Assembly (NCBI RefSeq): GCF_000025505.1
Contig: NC_013849.1
Span: 750,001 to 782,000 of the forward strand
DNA: 32,000 nucleotides
Reading direction: 5' to 3'
Origin: Ferroglobus placidus DSM 10642
GTDB lineage: Archaea > Halobacteriota > Archaeoglobi > Archaeoglobales > Archaeoglobaceae
Made by a program: the position numbers and the translations under genes. How positions within the stretch are numbered: position 1 is the first letter of the stretch; the number at the start of each line of letters is the position of its first letter. This document shows, in pieces, positions 15,855 to 24,369 of this stretch. Below the pieces are notes generated by a model, which was given only the letters and a program-made list of their open reading frames with translations, was not told where the DNA came from and searched no databases.

Positions 15855-16159
15855 TCTACCGTTTCGTCTATCCAGTCCAAGTACTTCCTGTCCCCCTCCT
15901 CTACGTTCAAAGCGCATATGCATGGAGTTGTGTAGCTGTGGATTTTCTTTATCTCCTCCCTAACCTCAGAGAACTTTTCAGCTTTCGTCTTTACTATCAT
16001 CGCATACTCCTCATCTCGCTGAATTTCCCCTTCCCACCAGTACATCGACTCTATCTTCCAGAAATTAACGCAAGCGGCAAGCTTCTTTTCGAGGAGGTGC
16101 TTTGCTATTTTTTCAGCTTCCTCCTTGGAAGAGGCTGTTACGTAGATAAAGTAGTACAT
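15851..16159 (-). CDS. cutA: Divalent-cation tolerance protein CutA
   Basis: 102 aa. 'VYVTASSKEEAEKIAKHLLEKKLAACVN...YWWEGEI...E..MIVKT...HSY..P' is typical CutA1. Confidence 0.9.
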   Translation of the reverse strand: MYYFIYVTASSKEEAEKIAKHLLEKKLAACVNFWKIESMYWWEGEIQRDEEYAMIVKTKAEKFSEVREEIKKIHSYTTPCICALNVEEGDRKYLDWIDETVE

Positions 16160-16180
16160 GAAATTCGTTAAACTAAACAG

Positions 16181-16190
16181 ATATAAATTT
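16181..16190 (-). promoter_or_regulatory. TATA-box-like element (AAATTTATAT on the minus strand) for cutA and the NTase gene
   Basis: 22 nt upstream of ATG 16159. Confidence 0.45.
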
Positions 16191-16195
16191 TTACC

Positions 16196-16843
16196 TCAAG
16201 AATAGAAGTCTTCCAGTTTCTTTCTGGCTCTTCGGAGCGCATCTTTTCCAACAAGCTTTTCAGCATACTCATCTGCAGCTTTCTCAATTTCGTTCTCGGG
16301 AATGTGGAGGAAAGTTAAAAACTTAACAGCCTTAAGCGAAAACAGTTTGTTTTGCATGGCATGGAATTTTTCGTGGTATATAACAGCCGAAAGCTCGTCC
16401 TCTTCAAGTAACTCGAGCAAACCCTCGCTTACAAAAACATCTCTTCCTACCGTGAATGCTTTGGGAAGAAGAGTGTTCAGCACGTAAATTCTTTTTAAAT
16501 CGTGTTTTTTCGCAAGCTCGTCATCAGTTCTAAAGCCGTACATCTTTCCCAAGTACAGCTTGTAAGCTTTTGGAAAGCTGAAAAGGAGAATTCCGAACGT
16601 CAAAGCGTAGAGAGCGTAGTACTTCATAAACCAAAACATGTCGCAGGACATTGAGAAGTAAACTACCGGAAGATTGACCGCTACAAAAGCGTTTGCGAAT
16701 ACGTAAAACTTCACTTTGAGAATCGAATCCCTCGAAAGCAAGTATCCTAAAGTAGCAACAGCGACACCTAAGCTGAAAACAAAAAAAGCTTTACCGAAGT
16801 TAGAGTTTGCAAGGCAGTAAAACGCGCAGGCTATTGAATTCAC
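16196..16843 (-). CDS. Membrane zinc metallopeptidase, M48/M56 (BlaR1/HtpX-like), with no sensor domain
   Basis: Three to four N-terminal TM helices, then 'PKAFTVGRDVFVSEGLLELLEEDELSAVIYHEKFHAMQ' (HExxH at 16361-16375). 4-nt overlap with the upstream BlaI-like gene. Confidence 0.7.
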   Translation of the reverse strand: MNSIACAFYCLANSNFGKAFFVFSLGVAVATLGYLLSRDSILKVKFYVFANAFVAVNLPVVYFSMSCDMFWFMKYYALYALTFGILLFSFPKAYKLYLGKMYGFRTDDELAKKHDLKRIYVLNTLLPKAFTVGRDVFVSEGLLELLEEDELSAVIYHEKFHAMQNKLFSLKAVKFLTFLHIPENEIEKAADEYAEKLVGKDALRRARKKLEDFYS

Positions 16844-17193
16844 TTCTTTTCCACCTTCCTGTGGAAGTAGTCCACAACAACATCTCCAAACTTATCGATT
16901 AACTTGTCGAGAATGCTTTGAACGAAATTAACCTCCACATCCTTCTTGCTTACAGCCGGATAAAACACGAACTTTCTTCTCCCTTCAACGCTCTTCTTCT
17001 CCTTCTTCACGAATCCGTTTTTCTCAAGCCTGTCGAGAGTGGCGGCAACACTCGACATCGACGCGTTTACACCTTTAGCGATCTCCGAAAGAGTAGCTTC
17101 CTTTTTCTCCCACAGAAACTCCATTATTTTTTCTTCGAGGGGAGAGAATATCCTCAGCTCTTCGCCTAATTCGATTCTCTCTTTTTTGACCAT
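16840..17193 (-). CDS. BlaI/MecI/CopY-family winged-helix repressor
   Basis: 117 aa. 'LSPLEEKIMEFLWEKKEATLSEIAKGV...SSVAATLDRLEKNGFVKKEKK..GRRKFVFYPAVSKKD' follows the penicillinase-repressor family layout. Confidence 0.8.
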   Translation of the reverse strand: MVKKERIELGEELRIFSPLEEKIMEFLWEKKEATLSEIAKGVNASMSSVAATLDRLEKNGFVKKEKKSVEGRRKFVFYPAVSKKDVEVNFVQSILDKLIDKFGDVVVDYFHRKVEKK

Positions 17194-17215
17194 TAAGCTA
17201 AATTTTATTCATCAG

Positions 17216-17224
17216 GTATAAAAG
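17216..17224 (-). promoter_or_regulatory. TATA-box-like element (CTTTTATAC on the minus strand) for the BlaI/peptidase pair
   Basis: 23 nt upstream of ATG 17193. Confidence 0.4.
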
Positions 17225-17229
17225 TGTTT

Positions 17230-17904
17230 TCAAACTACTTCAGCCTCTTCAAATACCTCCATTCCCCTTTCAGAAATCGTGTACGGGCGAGGTTTTCTCG
17301 AGTGGTTCATCCTCCGCATCTTTAAAACCTCCGCAATCAGTATTACCTCCTCGAACTCTCCTCCCCTCGCCATTCTAAGCACAATCAACCCATCAGAAAC
17401 GTATTCGAGAATCCCGTATTTCGAATGAAGCGGATTGTCCTTATCGCTCTCGCTCGTTATGATGGCTGTTGCACCGCTCTCCTTCACGATTCTCTTAAAA
17501 GTCGATAGAGCTTTGTACCTCTCTCTTTCTGAGTAAAGCGTTTCGAGAACGCTTATGTTGTCTATTACAACTCTTTCCACACCGAAATCTGTGAAAATTG
17601 TTTTCATCTCGTTTTCGATTTTTTCGAAGCTATCTCTCACAACCTCCGCTTCAAGTCTCAGAATTCTCACGTTGCTTTCAAGGTTCATGCCGAAACTTTT
17701 TGCCGTTTCGATAATGCTCTCCTCGTCCTCCTCGAAGCTTATAAAAATGCACCTCTCCCCCCTTCTAACACCTTCGCTGATGAAGTGAAGAGAGAGCGTT
17801 GTTTTCCCGGTCCCGTAACCTCCGATTACTCCAACTACGTACCCCTTTGGAATTCCGCCACCGAGCATTTTATCCAGTCCCGGAATTCCGGTTGAAAGTA
17901 ACAT
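17230..17904 (-). CDS. Single-domain KaiC/RadA-like RecA-superfamily ATPase with intact motifs
   Basis: 'TGIPGLDKMLGGGIPKGYVVGVIGGYGTGKTTLSLHF' (Walker A at 17800-17823), 'ISFEE', Walker B 'RVVIDNIS' and 'LKMRRMNH'. Confidence 0.85.
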   Translation of the reverse strand: MLLSTGIPGLDKMLGGGIPKGYVVGVIGGYGTGKTTLSLHFISEGVRRGERCIFISFEEDEESIIETAKSFGMNLESNVRILRLEAEVVRDSFEKIENEMKTIFTDFGVERVVIDNISVLETLYSERERYKALSTFKRIVKESGATAIITSESDKDNPLHSKYGILEYVSDGLIVLRMARGGEFEEVILIAEVLKMRRMNHSRKPRPYTISERGMEVFEEAEVV

Positions 17905-18653
17905 TATATCACCCTGTGAACCCTCGAAATTATGGTGCCGACGAAGGGATCGAGCTTAACTTCAAACCTCGATACTCCGGAACGCTCAATGAACGGCATC
18001 AGCCCGGAGAACTTCCTTATGTACATCCACCTCCTCATCTCTCCTCTCTCGTAGCTGAGTTCGAAATCTATTACCACCTCAAACTGATCGAGTAACTCGT
18101 TTTCCCTTTCATCGGGCAATTTGGAGTAGTGGAAAGCTGCAATGGACTCTTTTCTCTTACAAACTTTTTTCAATCCCTTTATGAAGTCTATAAGATCTTT
18201 CCACTTTATTTCATGCCCCACAAGTCTCACGAGATCCGTCAGGGAGTCGAAGAAAACGAAGCTGTTCTCCTCAATATTATCAAAAGCATTTATAATTTCA
18301 CCCATTATTCCTCTCCTCTCTTTCATGCTCTCCAGCTTTTCTTTACCACCAATCCACCTCAAAGGAATCACGCTTTTTTCGAAATACGCCTCAGCGAAGC
18401 TGACAATCTCCACGCTTTTCAAAACGCTCTCCGGATTTTCTCTTGGAAAGGTCGAGGAAATCCTATCCTTCACCTCCTCAACTGTATCCGTTACTGAGAA
18501 GTAGTAGCTCTTAACGTTCTCATTTTGGGAGGAAAGCTTCATCGCTGTAACGGCAAATTCTCTCGCGCATCCTCCGACGTTTTCCGTGAAGACAGCTACA
18601 GTTGGCGGAATTTCGTGCTCGTCTATCACGTCAACTCCGAACCTGACTTTCAT
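17904..18653 (-). CDS. KaiC/RecA-like paralogue with a degenerate P-loop (predicted inactive)
   Basis: 249 aa. 'RFGVDVIDEHEIPPTVAVFTENVGGCAREFAV' sits where GIxGLD...GxxGxGKT would be (18558-18587), with no GK[ST]. It retains a Walker-B-like 'SFVFFDSLTDL' and a 'MYIRKFSG' strand. TAATG overlap with the downstream gene. Confidence 0.5.
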   Translation of the reverse strand: MKVRFGVDVIDEHEIPPTVAVFTENVGGCAREFAVTAMKLSSQNENVKSYYFSVTDTVEEVKDRISSTFPRENPESVLKSVEIVSFAEAYFEKSVIPLRWIGGKEKLESMKERRGIMGEIINAFDNIEENSFVFFDSLTDLVRLVGHEIKWKDLIDFIKGLKKVCKRKESIAAFHYSKLPDERENELLDQFEVVIDFELSYERGEMRRWMYIRKFSGLMPFIERSGVSRFEVKLDPFVGTIISRVHRVI

Positions 18654-19207
18654 ACGAGCTCTATCACCTCGTCACTCATCAGAAAGACCTGAGCGTAGGT
18701 CGATTCGTCAAGCTCTCCGCTTAGGGTGAATAAAATGACGGCTAATCCCTCAGCTCGCATTCTTCCGGTAACCTGTCTGAGAAACTTTATCATGGACTCC
18801 TTGGACTTGTACAGAGAAATAATAGAGAGGGAGTCGAAGAAGACGAATCTGTGGTTCGAATTAAGCTTTTCCAAAGCTCTCGTCAGGGCGACTTGAATAT
18901 GAACCGGATCCGGAGAAGACACGTAAATGCAATCCTCCTCTTTTTCGTAAGAGTACTCCCTCGACACGCAGTCTATGAACACGAGCTTTTCAACGTTCAC
19001 TCCAGAGGACGAAAGAATTCTTTTCAAACTCTTGCAAGGCTTATTTAAGGAAACGTAGACGCCTTCAGCAAAGCTCGTAAAGTATCTGAGCACGCTGCTC
19101 AAAATTGCTGCGTAGTTTTTCGTATTAACTTTAAAGAGGAAAATCTCAGCTCCGTTTGCCAAAGCGACTTCGACTTTTCTTATGACGTCCTCCAGCATGC
19201 TTTTCAC
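18650..19207 (-). CDS. Second KaiC/RecA-like paralogue lacking a P-loop (predicted inactive)
   Basis: 182-185 aa, no GK[ST]. Has 'RFVFFDSLSIISL' (Walker-B-like), 'AVILFTLSGE' and 'FLMSDEVIEL'. The probable start is ATG 19198, preceded by GGTGA; GTG 19207 is the alternative. ATGA overlap at 18650-18653. Confidence 0.45.
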   Translation of the reverse strand: MKSMLEDVIRKVEVALANGAEIFLFKVNTKNYAAILSSVLRYFTSFAEGVYVSLNKPCKSLKRILSSSGVNVEKLVFIDCVSREYSYEKEEDCIYVSSPDPVHIQVALTRALEKLNSNHRFVFFDSLSIISLYKSKESMIKFLRQVTGRMRAEGLAVILFTLSGELDESTYAQVFLMSDEVIELV

Positions 19208-19815
19208 CGGATCACTTTTTTACCCACGACTTCTTTCTCGGTTCTGAATCGATAACCCTCTATAAAAATGTCTCTGTTTCTGTAAACCTTTCCTTCGAGC
19301 AAATGTAATGTGAAGAATTCAACTTCAACTGGATATTTAACAAAAACCTTTGGAGACAAATCGTACTCTCCAAAGAGCTCGAATTCGTCTAAATTAAGCT
19401 CTCCTATTATTTCCTCCAGTCCCCACTCTATCCAATCCCACAGCGCACCGAACTCTTTCATTTCCCGCAAAAACATGGAAGCGGAGATGTAAGATTCCGG
19501 AGAGCCGTCTCCTTCCAGAACTTCCTCAGGCTTTTTAGCTCCTTTCGGTTTCGGGTAGCTTATGAACTCGCAATCCTCCACTTCGGGAAATTCGCCCCTC
19601 GTTGCCCAAACCACACCCTTTCCCCTCAACCCCTCCCGATAAACGTAAGCTACAAGCCTGTATCCTTCTCTAATCCGTATTCCCTTGTAAAGTTTGAGAA
19701 TTTCTTCGGGATCGACTTTAGATTTCTGCCAGCCCTCTTTTCCGCTAACTCTCCAAAGATCTTCAGCTTTCATGTGCAAACTCTGGAGTTCTTCGGCGGA
19801 AAATTTAACAATCAT
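19204..19815 (-). CDS. Hypothetical protein, lead gene of the KaiC-like operon
   Basis: 203 aa from ATG 19815 (MIVKFSAEELQSL...). The ORF track uses TTG at 19824. No motif I recognise. Coding assumed from length, codon texture and tight coupling to the downstream genes. Confidence 0.6.
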   Translation of the reverse strand: MIVKFSAEELQSLHMKAEDLWRVSGKEGWQKSKVDPEEILKLYKGIRIREGYRLVAYVYREGLRGKGVVWATRGEFPEVEDCEFISYPKPKGAKKPEEVLEGDGSPESYISASMFLREMKEFGALWDWIEWGLEEIIGELNLDEFELFGEYDLSPKVFVKYPVEVEFFTLHLLEGKVYRNRDIFIEGYRFRTEKEVVGKKVIR

Positions 19816-19838
19816 TCGAAACAAATTTGCAAAAAAAG

Positions 19839-19846
19839 TATAAATT
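19839..19846 (-). promoter_or_regulatory. TATA-box-like element (AATTTATA on the minus strand) for the KaiC-like operon
   Basis: About 24 nt upstream of ATG 19815, in the 38-nt gap after the gatD stop. Confidence 0.4.
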
Positions 19847-19853
19847 AGTTCCG

Positions 19854-21074
19854 CTAATAAAACTGCAAGCTCTCGTTGATTTCTCCAACAAGGTTCTTTT
19901 TAACGAGTTCTTTAGCCTCCTCCAAGCTGTAATTTCCGAGGAGCCACATCACCTTAACGAGAGCAACTTCCGGAAGCATGTCTTCCCCTTCGATAACTCC
20001 AGCCTGAAGAAGGTATCTTCCAGTATCGTAGACTCTATCGCAAACTCTTCCCCACAGGCACTGGGAGGTCATAACAACGAGGCTGTCTTCGGCAATTCTC
20101 TTTATCGTTTCCACCCAATCTGTAGAGACGTGTCCGAGTCCAGTTCCCTCAATAACGAAACCTCTGTATCCTTTGTCGTAGTAGAAGTCGAGAATCTCAG
20201 GAGAAAGTCCCGGGAAGAATTTTATCAAAACGACTTTTTTCTCCAGCTTATCCTTGAGCTTTAGCTCCCTCTCTCCTCTTCTAAATCTCTCCGCCAACCA
20301 CTCAATCTTTCCGTCAGGATAGATGACTTTACCGAGGGGTGGATAATTCACGCTCTGGAAAGCGTCCCTCCTTGAAGTGTGATTCTTTCTGACTTTCACG
20401 CCTCTGTGGATGTAGCAGAAGTCGTCGCTTGTAGTTCCGTGCATGACAACCACAACCTCTCCAAGATCCGAAAGGGCTGCGTGTGCTGCGCAGATCATGT
20501 TCATAGCCGCGTCGCTGCTCGGTCTGTCGGAGCTTCTTTGGGCTCCCACGAAAACCACCGGCTTTGGAGTTGAGAGCATGAAGGAAAGTGCTGCTGAGGA
20601 GTAGTGCATCGTGTCAGTTCCGTGGGTAACTATGACACCTTCGTAGTCCTTTTTCAGCGACTTGTAAACCTCTCTCGCAAGCTCGATCCAGTTCTCGGGC
20701 TTCATGTTTTCGCTCAAAATGTTGTACAAAAGGGTGGCATCTATTTTACATATCTCCGCCAACTCGGGAATGTCGGAAACTATTTCTTCTGCAGAGAACT
20801 GACTTGTAACCGCTCCAGTTCTGTAATCGACCTTGCTCGCTATCGTTCCTCCTGTGGAGATGACTTTAACGTTCGGAAGCTCTTCCTTCCACTCAACTTT
20901 TGGCGGAAGTGGAGACTTAAACTCCTCTTCGTAAACTTCGAGTATTTCGTAGTCTCTGAAGCCGACGTTGTAACCGTTATCGAGCTTGAGAACGAGTTTG
21001 TCCGTAAAAGAGGGCATCACGATTCCTTCGAAAATCCTTCCCTTCGCTTTAATCTTCACCCTTTTCCCGAGCAT
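19854..21074 (-). CDS. gatD: Glutamyl-tRNA(Gln) amidotransferase subunit D
   Basis: 406 aa. GatD-specific N-terminal 'GRIFEGIVMPS...LVLKLDNGYNVGF' followed by the asparaginase fold 'VISTGGTIASKVDYRTGAV...HGTDTM'. Confidence 0.92.
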   Translation of the reverse strand: MLGKRVKIKAKGRIFEGIVMPSFTDKLVLKLDNGYNVGFRDYEILEVYEEEFKSPLPPKVEWKEELPNVKVISTGGTIASKVDYRTGAVTSQFSAEEIVSDIPELAEICKIDATLLYNILSENMKPENWIELAREVYKSLKKDYEGVIVTHGTDTMHYSSAALSFMLSTPKPVVFVGAQRSSDRPSSDAAMNMICAAHAALSDLGEVVVVMHGTTSDDFCYIHRGVKVRKNHTSRRDAFQSVNYPPLGKVIYPDGKIEWLAERFRRGERELKLKDKLEKKVVLIKFFPGLSPEILDFYYDKGYRGFVIEGTGLGHVSTDWVETIKRIAEDSLVVMTSQCLWGRVCDRVYDTGRYLLQAGVIEGEDMLPEVALVKVMWLLGNYSLEEAKELVKKNLVGEINESLQFY

Positions 21075-22501
21075 ACTCTTTCAACCTCATTCATAAGATG
21101 CTTTATTCTTTCCTCTATCCTCGACTTTAAAACTTTCAGCTTTTCCTCGTCTTCAGAAATTTTCCTCTCCCTTTCCCTGATCATTCTCTCCAGCTCTTCT
21201 TTAGCAGTCCCGCCGACGTTCTTCCTCCTTTCCAGAGACTTTTCGACGTCAAGCCACTCTTTCAGCTCATCTTCGCTCACTTCAATCTTTACCCCGAAAC
21301 TTTCAGCCTCTTTTATCAGCTCCTCAGCACTCGGAGGAATTCTGTTCTTTTTTACCAAGCTTCCCACTATTTTGTGGGAAAGTCTGAAAGGCACTCCTTT
21401 CCTCACGAGAAGGTCAGCGAGATCAGTTGCTAAAGTCAAGCCTTTCGAAGCTTTCTCCCTCATTACCTCTTCTTTGAACTTCAAAGCGGAAAACATCTTT
21501 CTGAAGGTCTTTACGGAGAGCAAGCATTCGTTCATCGAGACGTAAAGCAGGCTGTTCATTTCCTGAAAGTCTCTGTTGTAAGCGTAAGGCAGAGCTTTCA
21601 GGATTGTGCAGGCAGAAGCTAAATAACCCACGCTCTTTCCAGCTTTAGCCCTGATTATCTCAGCCACATCTGGATTCTTTTTTTGGGGCATTATGCTTGA
21701 AGACGAGGAGAACTCGTCGGGAAGCTCGACGAAATCGAATTCCGAAGCCCACAAAATAATTTCCTCGCAGAATCTGCTTAAATTCAGCATTATCGACGTG
21801 GAAAGAAACAGCGATTCTATCAGAAAATCCCTTGAGGCTGACGCGTCCATGGTGTTCTCAACCAATCCATCAAACCCAAGCAATTGTGCCACGTATTCCC
21901 TATCTAGTTCGTGGGGAGTCGAGGCAAATGCTGCTGCTCCGAGGGGGGATTTGTTCACTCTGCTGAAGATCTCAATTCCCCTATCAAAATCTCTCCTTAT
22001 CGCATCGTGATAAGCTATTAAATAGTGGGAAAGCTTGGTCGGCTGAGCGTACTGCAGATGAGTGAAGCCGGGCATTATGCAGTCAAAATATTGCCTCGCT
22101 TTCTCAATAAAGGTTTTTCTCAATTCCAAAAGCTCGGAAAGGATCTCTATAATTTTATCCCTTGCGAAAAGCCTTAAACAAGCGGCTATTTCGTCGTTTC
22201 TGCTCCTCGCTGTGTGCATTTTCATTCCGCTTTCTTTGGCTATCTCAACAACTTTACTCTCTATAGCCTCGTGAACGTCCTCTCCGCTCAATCTTTCCAA
22301 CCCAAGCTTTTCAACTTCTCTCAAAGCCTCGAAAATTCTCTTCGCATCTTCTTTCGTTATCAGCCCAACTTTGAGAAGTCCAAGAACGTGGGCGTAATCG
22401 ACGAGAATATCGTATTTGAAAATGTGCCTATCGTGTTCCAAGGAACTCGTCAGCTTTAAAGCGTCCTCGTCCAAACTCCCGCTTAACCTGCTTCGAATCA
22501 T
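21056..22501 (-). CDS. argH: Argininosuccinate lyase
   Basis: 'GFTHLQYAQPT', 'SSSIMPQKKNPDVAEIIRAK' (the fumarate-lyase signature GSSxMPxKxN). Start taken at ATG 22501 (MIRSRLSGSLDED...). The ORF-track start at 22540 is TTG. Confidence 0.92.
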   Translation of the reverse strand: MIRSRLSGSLDEDALKLTSSLEHDRHIFKYDILVDYAHVLGLLKVGLITKEDAKRIFEALREVEKLGLERLSGEDVHEAIESKVVEIAKESGMKMHTARSRNDEIAACLRLFARDKIIEILSELLELRKTFIEKARQYFDCIMPGFTHLQYAQPTKLSHYLIAYHDAIRRDFDRGIEIFSRVNKSPLGAAAFASTPHELDREYVAQLLGFDGLVENTMDASASRDFLIESLFLSTSIMLNLSRFCEEIILWASEFDFVELPDEFSSSSSIMPQKKNPDVAEIIRAKAGKSVGYLASACTILKALPYAYNRDFQEMNSLLYVSMNECLLSVKTFRKMFSALKFKEEVMREKASKGLTLATDLADLLVRKGVPFRLSHKIVGSLVKKNRIPPSAEELIKEAESFGVKIEVSEDELKEWLDVEKSLERRKNVGGTAKEELERMIRERERKISEDEEKLKVLKSRIEERIKHLMNEVERVCSGKG

Positions 22502-22558
22502 CGAGAGAAGAGAGGCAAAGGAGGTAATAAATTTTTGCAAAAAGAGGTAAAAAATTAG

Positions 22559-24214
22559 TTAGTCTTCGCTGCTTTCGCTTTCGCTTTCACTCTCGCTTTC
22601 GCTCTCGAAGCTCTCCTTACCCTTCTCCTTCTCAAGTCCCTTAGCAGCAATGACGTCGTCGATTCTGAGAATCATTATCGCCACTTCCGTTGCCGAGCTT
22701 ATAGCCTGCTTCTTAACTCTGAGCGGTTCGAGAACGCCAAGCTCTCTCATGTCCACGATTTTTCCGCTGAACACATCTACTCCAGCGTAGACGTTTCCTT
22801 GCTCGTGAGCTTTTCTTAGCTCGACCAAGATGTCGATCGGATCAAGTCCGGCGTTCTCGGCTAAAGTTCTCGGAATTATCTCAAGGGCAGAAGCGAAGGC
22901 TTCAGCTGCTAACTGCTCTCTTCCACCGAGGCTCGGAGCCCACTCCTTGATTCTGAGACTCACTTCGATCTCCGGAGCTCCGCCACCGGCAACGACTTTG
23001 CCGTCTTCCAAAGCAGCTTTGACGACTTTTATTGCATCGGTCAAGCTTCTCTCGATTTCATCTACGACGTGCTCCGTTCCACCTCTTATTAGGATCGTCA
23101 CAGCCTTCGGATTCTTGCAACCTCTTATGAACACCATTTCCTCATCTCCGACCTTCTTCTCCTCTACAAGCTCAGCCTCTCCGAGATCTTCTGGCTTGAT
23201 GTCTCTCAGATCGGTTATAATCTTCGCTCCAGTTGCTTTGGCGATCTTTTCGATGTCGCTCTGCTTGACTCTCCTCACAGCAAGAACTCCAGCCTTAGCC
23301 AAGTAGTACTGAGCCAAGTCGTCAATTCCCTTCTGGCAGAAAACTACGTTAGCTCCAGCTTCTACGATCTTGTCGACCATCTCCTTTATCATCTTCTCCT
23401 CCTGCTCTATGAACCTCTGAAGCATTTCCGGATCCGTGATGTTTATCTCAGCGTCGGTCTCAGTTTCTTTCACCTCTAAAGCAGCTTTCAGCACGGCAAT
23501 CTTAGCATTCTTCACCCTCTTCGGCATTCCGGGGTGAACGACTTCTTTGTCAATGACGATTCCGTCGACAAGCTCCGTGTCCTCAACTCCTCCTCCCTGC
23601 CTCTTTTCGAGCTTGATGTTGTCCTCGTCGACCTTAATCTGCCCATCGACTTCTTCAGCTACTCTCTTTACAGCTTCAACCACGAGAGAAGCCAGGTGAT
23701 CGACGGCATACTCAGCGTGCTTTCCGGTTATAGCAGTAGCTGCTATCTTCTTAAGCAGCTCGTCATCGTCTCTGTTCACCTCTATCGCTATGCTGTCGAG
23801 GATTTCCATTGCCTTTTCCGCGGCAAGTCTGTAACCCTTAGCGATCACCGTCGGGTGTATGTCAGCGTCAAGGAGCTCTTCGGCTTTCTTCAACAATTCT
23901 CCGGCAATGACGACAGCTGTGGTAGTTCCGTCTCCCACTTCGTTCTCCTGAGTCTTAGCAACTTCGATCACCATCTTCGCCGCCGGATGTTCCACGTCCA
24001 TCTCCTTGAGAATCGTTACTCCGTCGTTGGTAATAACTACATCACCCAAGCTGTCCACGAGCATTTTGTCCATTCCTCTCGGACCTAACGTACTTCTCAC
24101 AGCTTCAGCTATAACTCTGGCAGCCATTATGTTCATCCTCTGCGCATCTCTACCAACGGTTCTCTGCGTCCCCTCCTTCAGAATCAGTATAGGAGTTCCC
24201 TGCAGCGTAGCCAT
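22559..24214 (-). CDS. ths: Thermosome subunit (group II chaperonin)
   Basis: 551 aa. '[25 protein letters not shown]', '[16 protein letters not shown]', 'VAGGGAPE'. Confidence 0.95.
   Translation of the reverse strand: MATLQGTPILILKEGTQRTVGRDAQRMNIMAARVIAEAVRSTLGPRGMDKMLVDSLGDVVITNDGVTILKEMDVEHPAAKMVIEVAKTQENEVGDGTTTAVVIAGELLKKAEELLDADIHPTVIAKGYRLAAEKAMEILDSIAIEVNRDDDELLKKIAATAITGKHAEYAVDHLASLVVEAVKRVAEEVDGQIKVDEDNIKLEKRQGGGVEDTELVDGIVIDKEVVHPGMPKRVKNAKIAVLKAALEVKETETDAEINITDPEMLQRFIEQEEKMIKEMVDKIVEAGANVVFCQKGIDDLAQYYLAKAGVLAVRRVKQSDIEKIAKATGAKIITDLRDIKPEDLGEAELVEEKKVGDEEMVFIRGCKNPKAVTILIRGGTEHVVDEIERSLTDAIKVVKAALEDGKVVAGGGAPEIEVSLRIKEWAPSLGGREQLAAEAFASALEIIPRTLAENAGLDPIDILVELRKAHEQGNVYAGVDVFSGKIVDMRELGVLEPLRVKKQAISSATEVAIMILRIDDVIAAKGLEKEKGKESFESESESESESESSED
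22571..22606 (-). repeat. Hexanucleotide (GAR-AGY) microsatellite encoding the (Glu-Ser)6 thermosome tail
   Basis: Plus strand reads gct ttc gct ttc gct ttc act ctc gct ttc gct ctc, giving a protein tail of ...[16 protein letters not shown]. Confidence 0.85.
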
Positions 24215-24251
24215 CCTTCACCACCTCGAGAGTTTAGTGGATTGGTAGTTC

Positions 24252-24259
24252 TATATAAA
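24252..24259 (-). promoter_or_regulatory. TATA box (TTTATATA on the minus strand) for the thermosome gene
   Basis: 38 nt upstream of ATG 24214, with GGTGGTGA (SD-like) in the short leader. Confidence 0.5.
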
Positions 24260-24338
24260 GGTTTTGGTAAAAGAAGCTCGAATAGAAATTATCTCAATCA
24301 AAAATAAAAATTTTCAGAATTTAGAGACCATTCCAAAA

Positions 24339-24346
24339 TTTTAAAT
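24339..24346 (+). promoter_or_regulatory. TATA box (TTTTAAAT) for the aIF2-alpha/nop10/PAC2 operon
   Basis: 24 nt upstream of ATG 24370. Confidence 0.5.
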
Positions 24347-24369
24347 TCCACGAAATTAAAGGGGATTCA

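Noticed and set aside
20604-21545. 313-aa plus-strand ORF, together with similar long ORFs at 23534-24088, 22830-23306, 29393-29920, 11069-11578, 13795-14214 and 2084-2497
   Set aside because: All lie antisense to genes with strong family signatures (gatD/argH, thermosome, alaS, mcrC-like, membrane protein, elp3). Their translations are low-complexity (Ser/Leu/Phe-rich) with no motifs. They are shadow ORFs.
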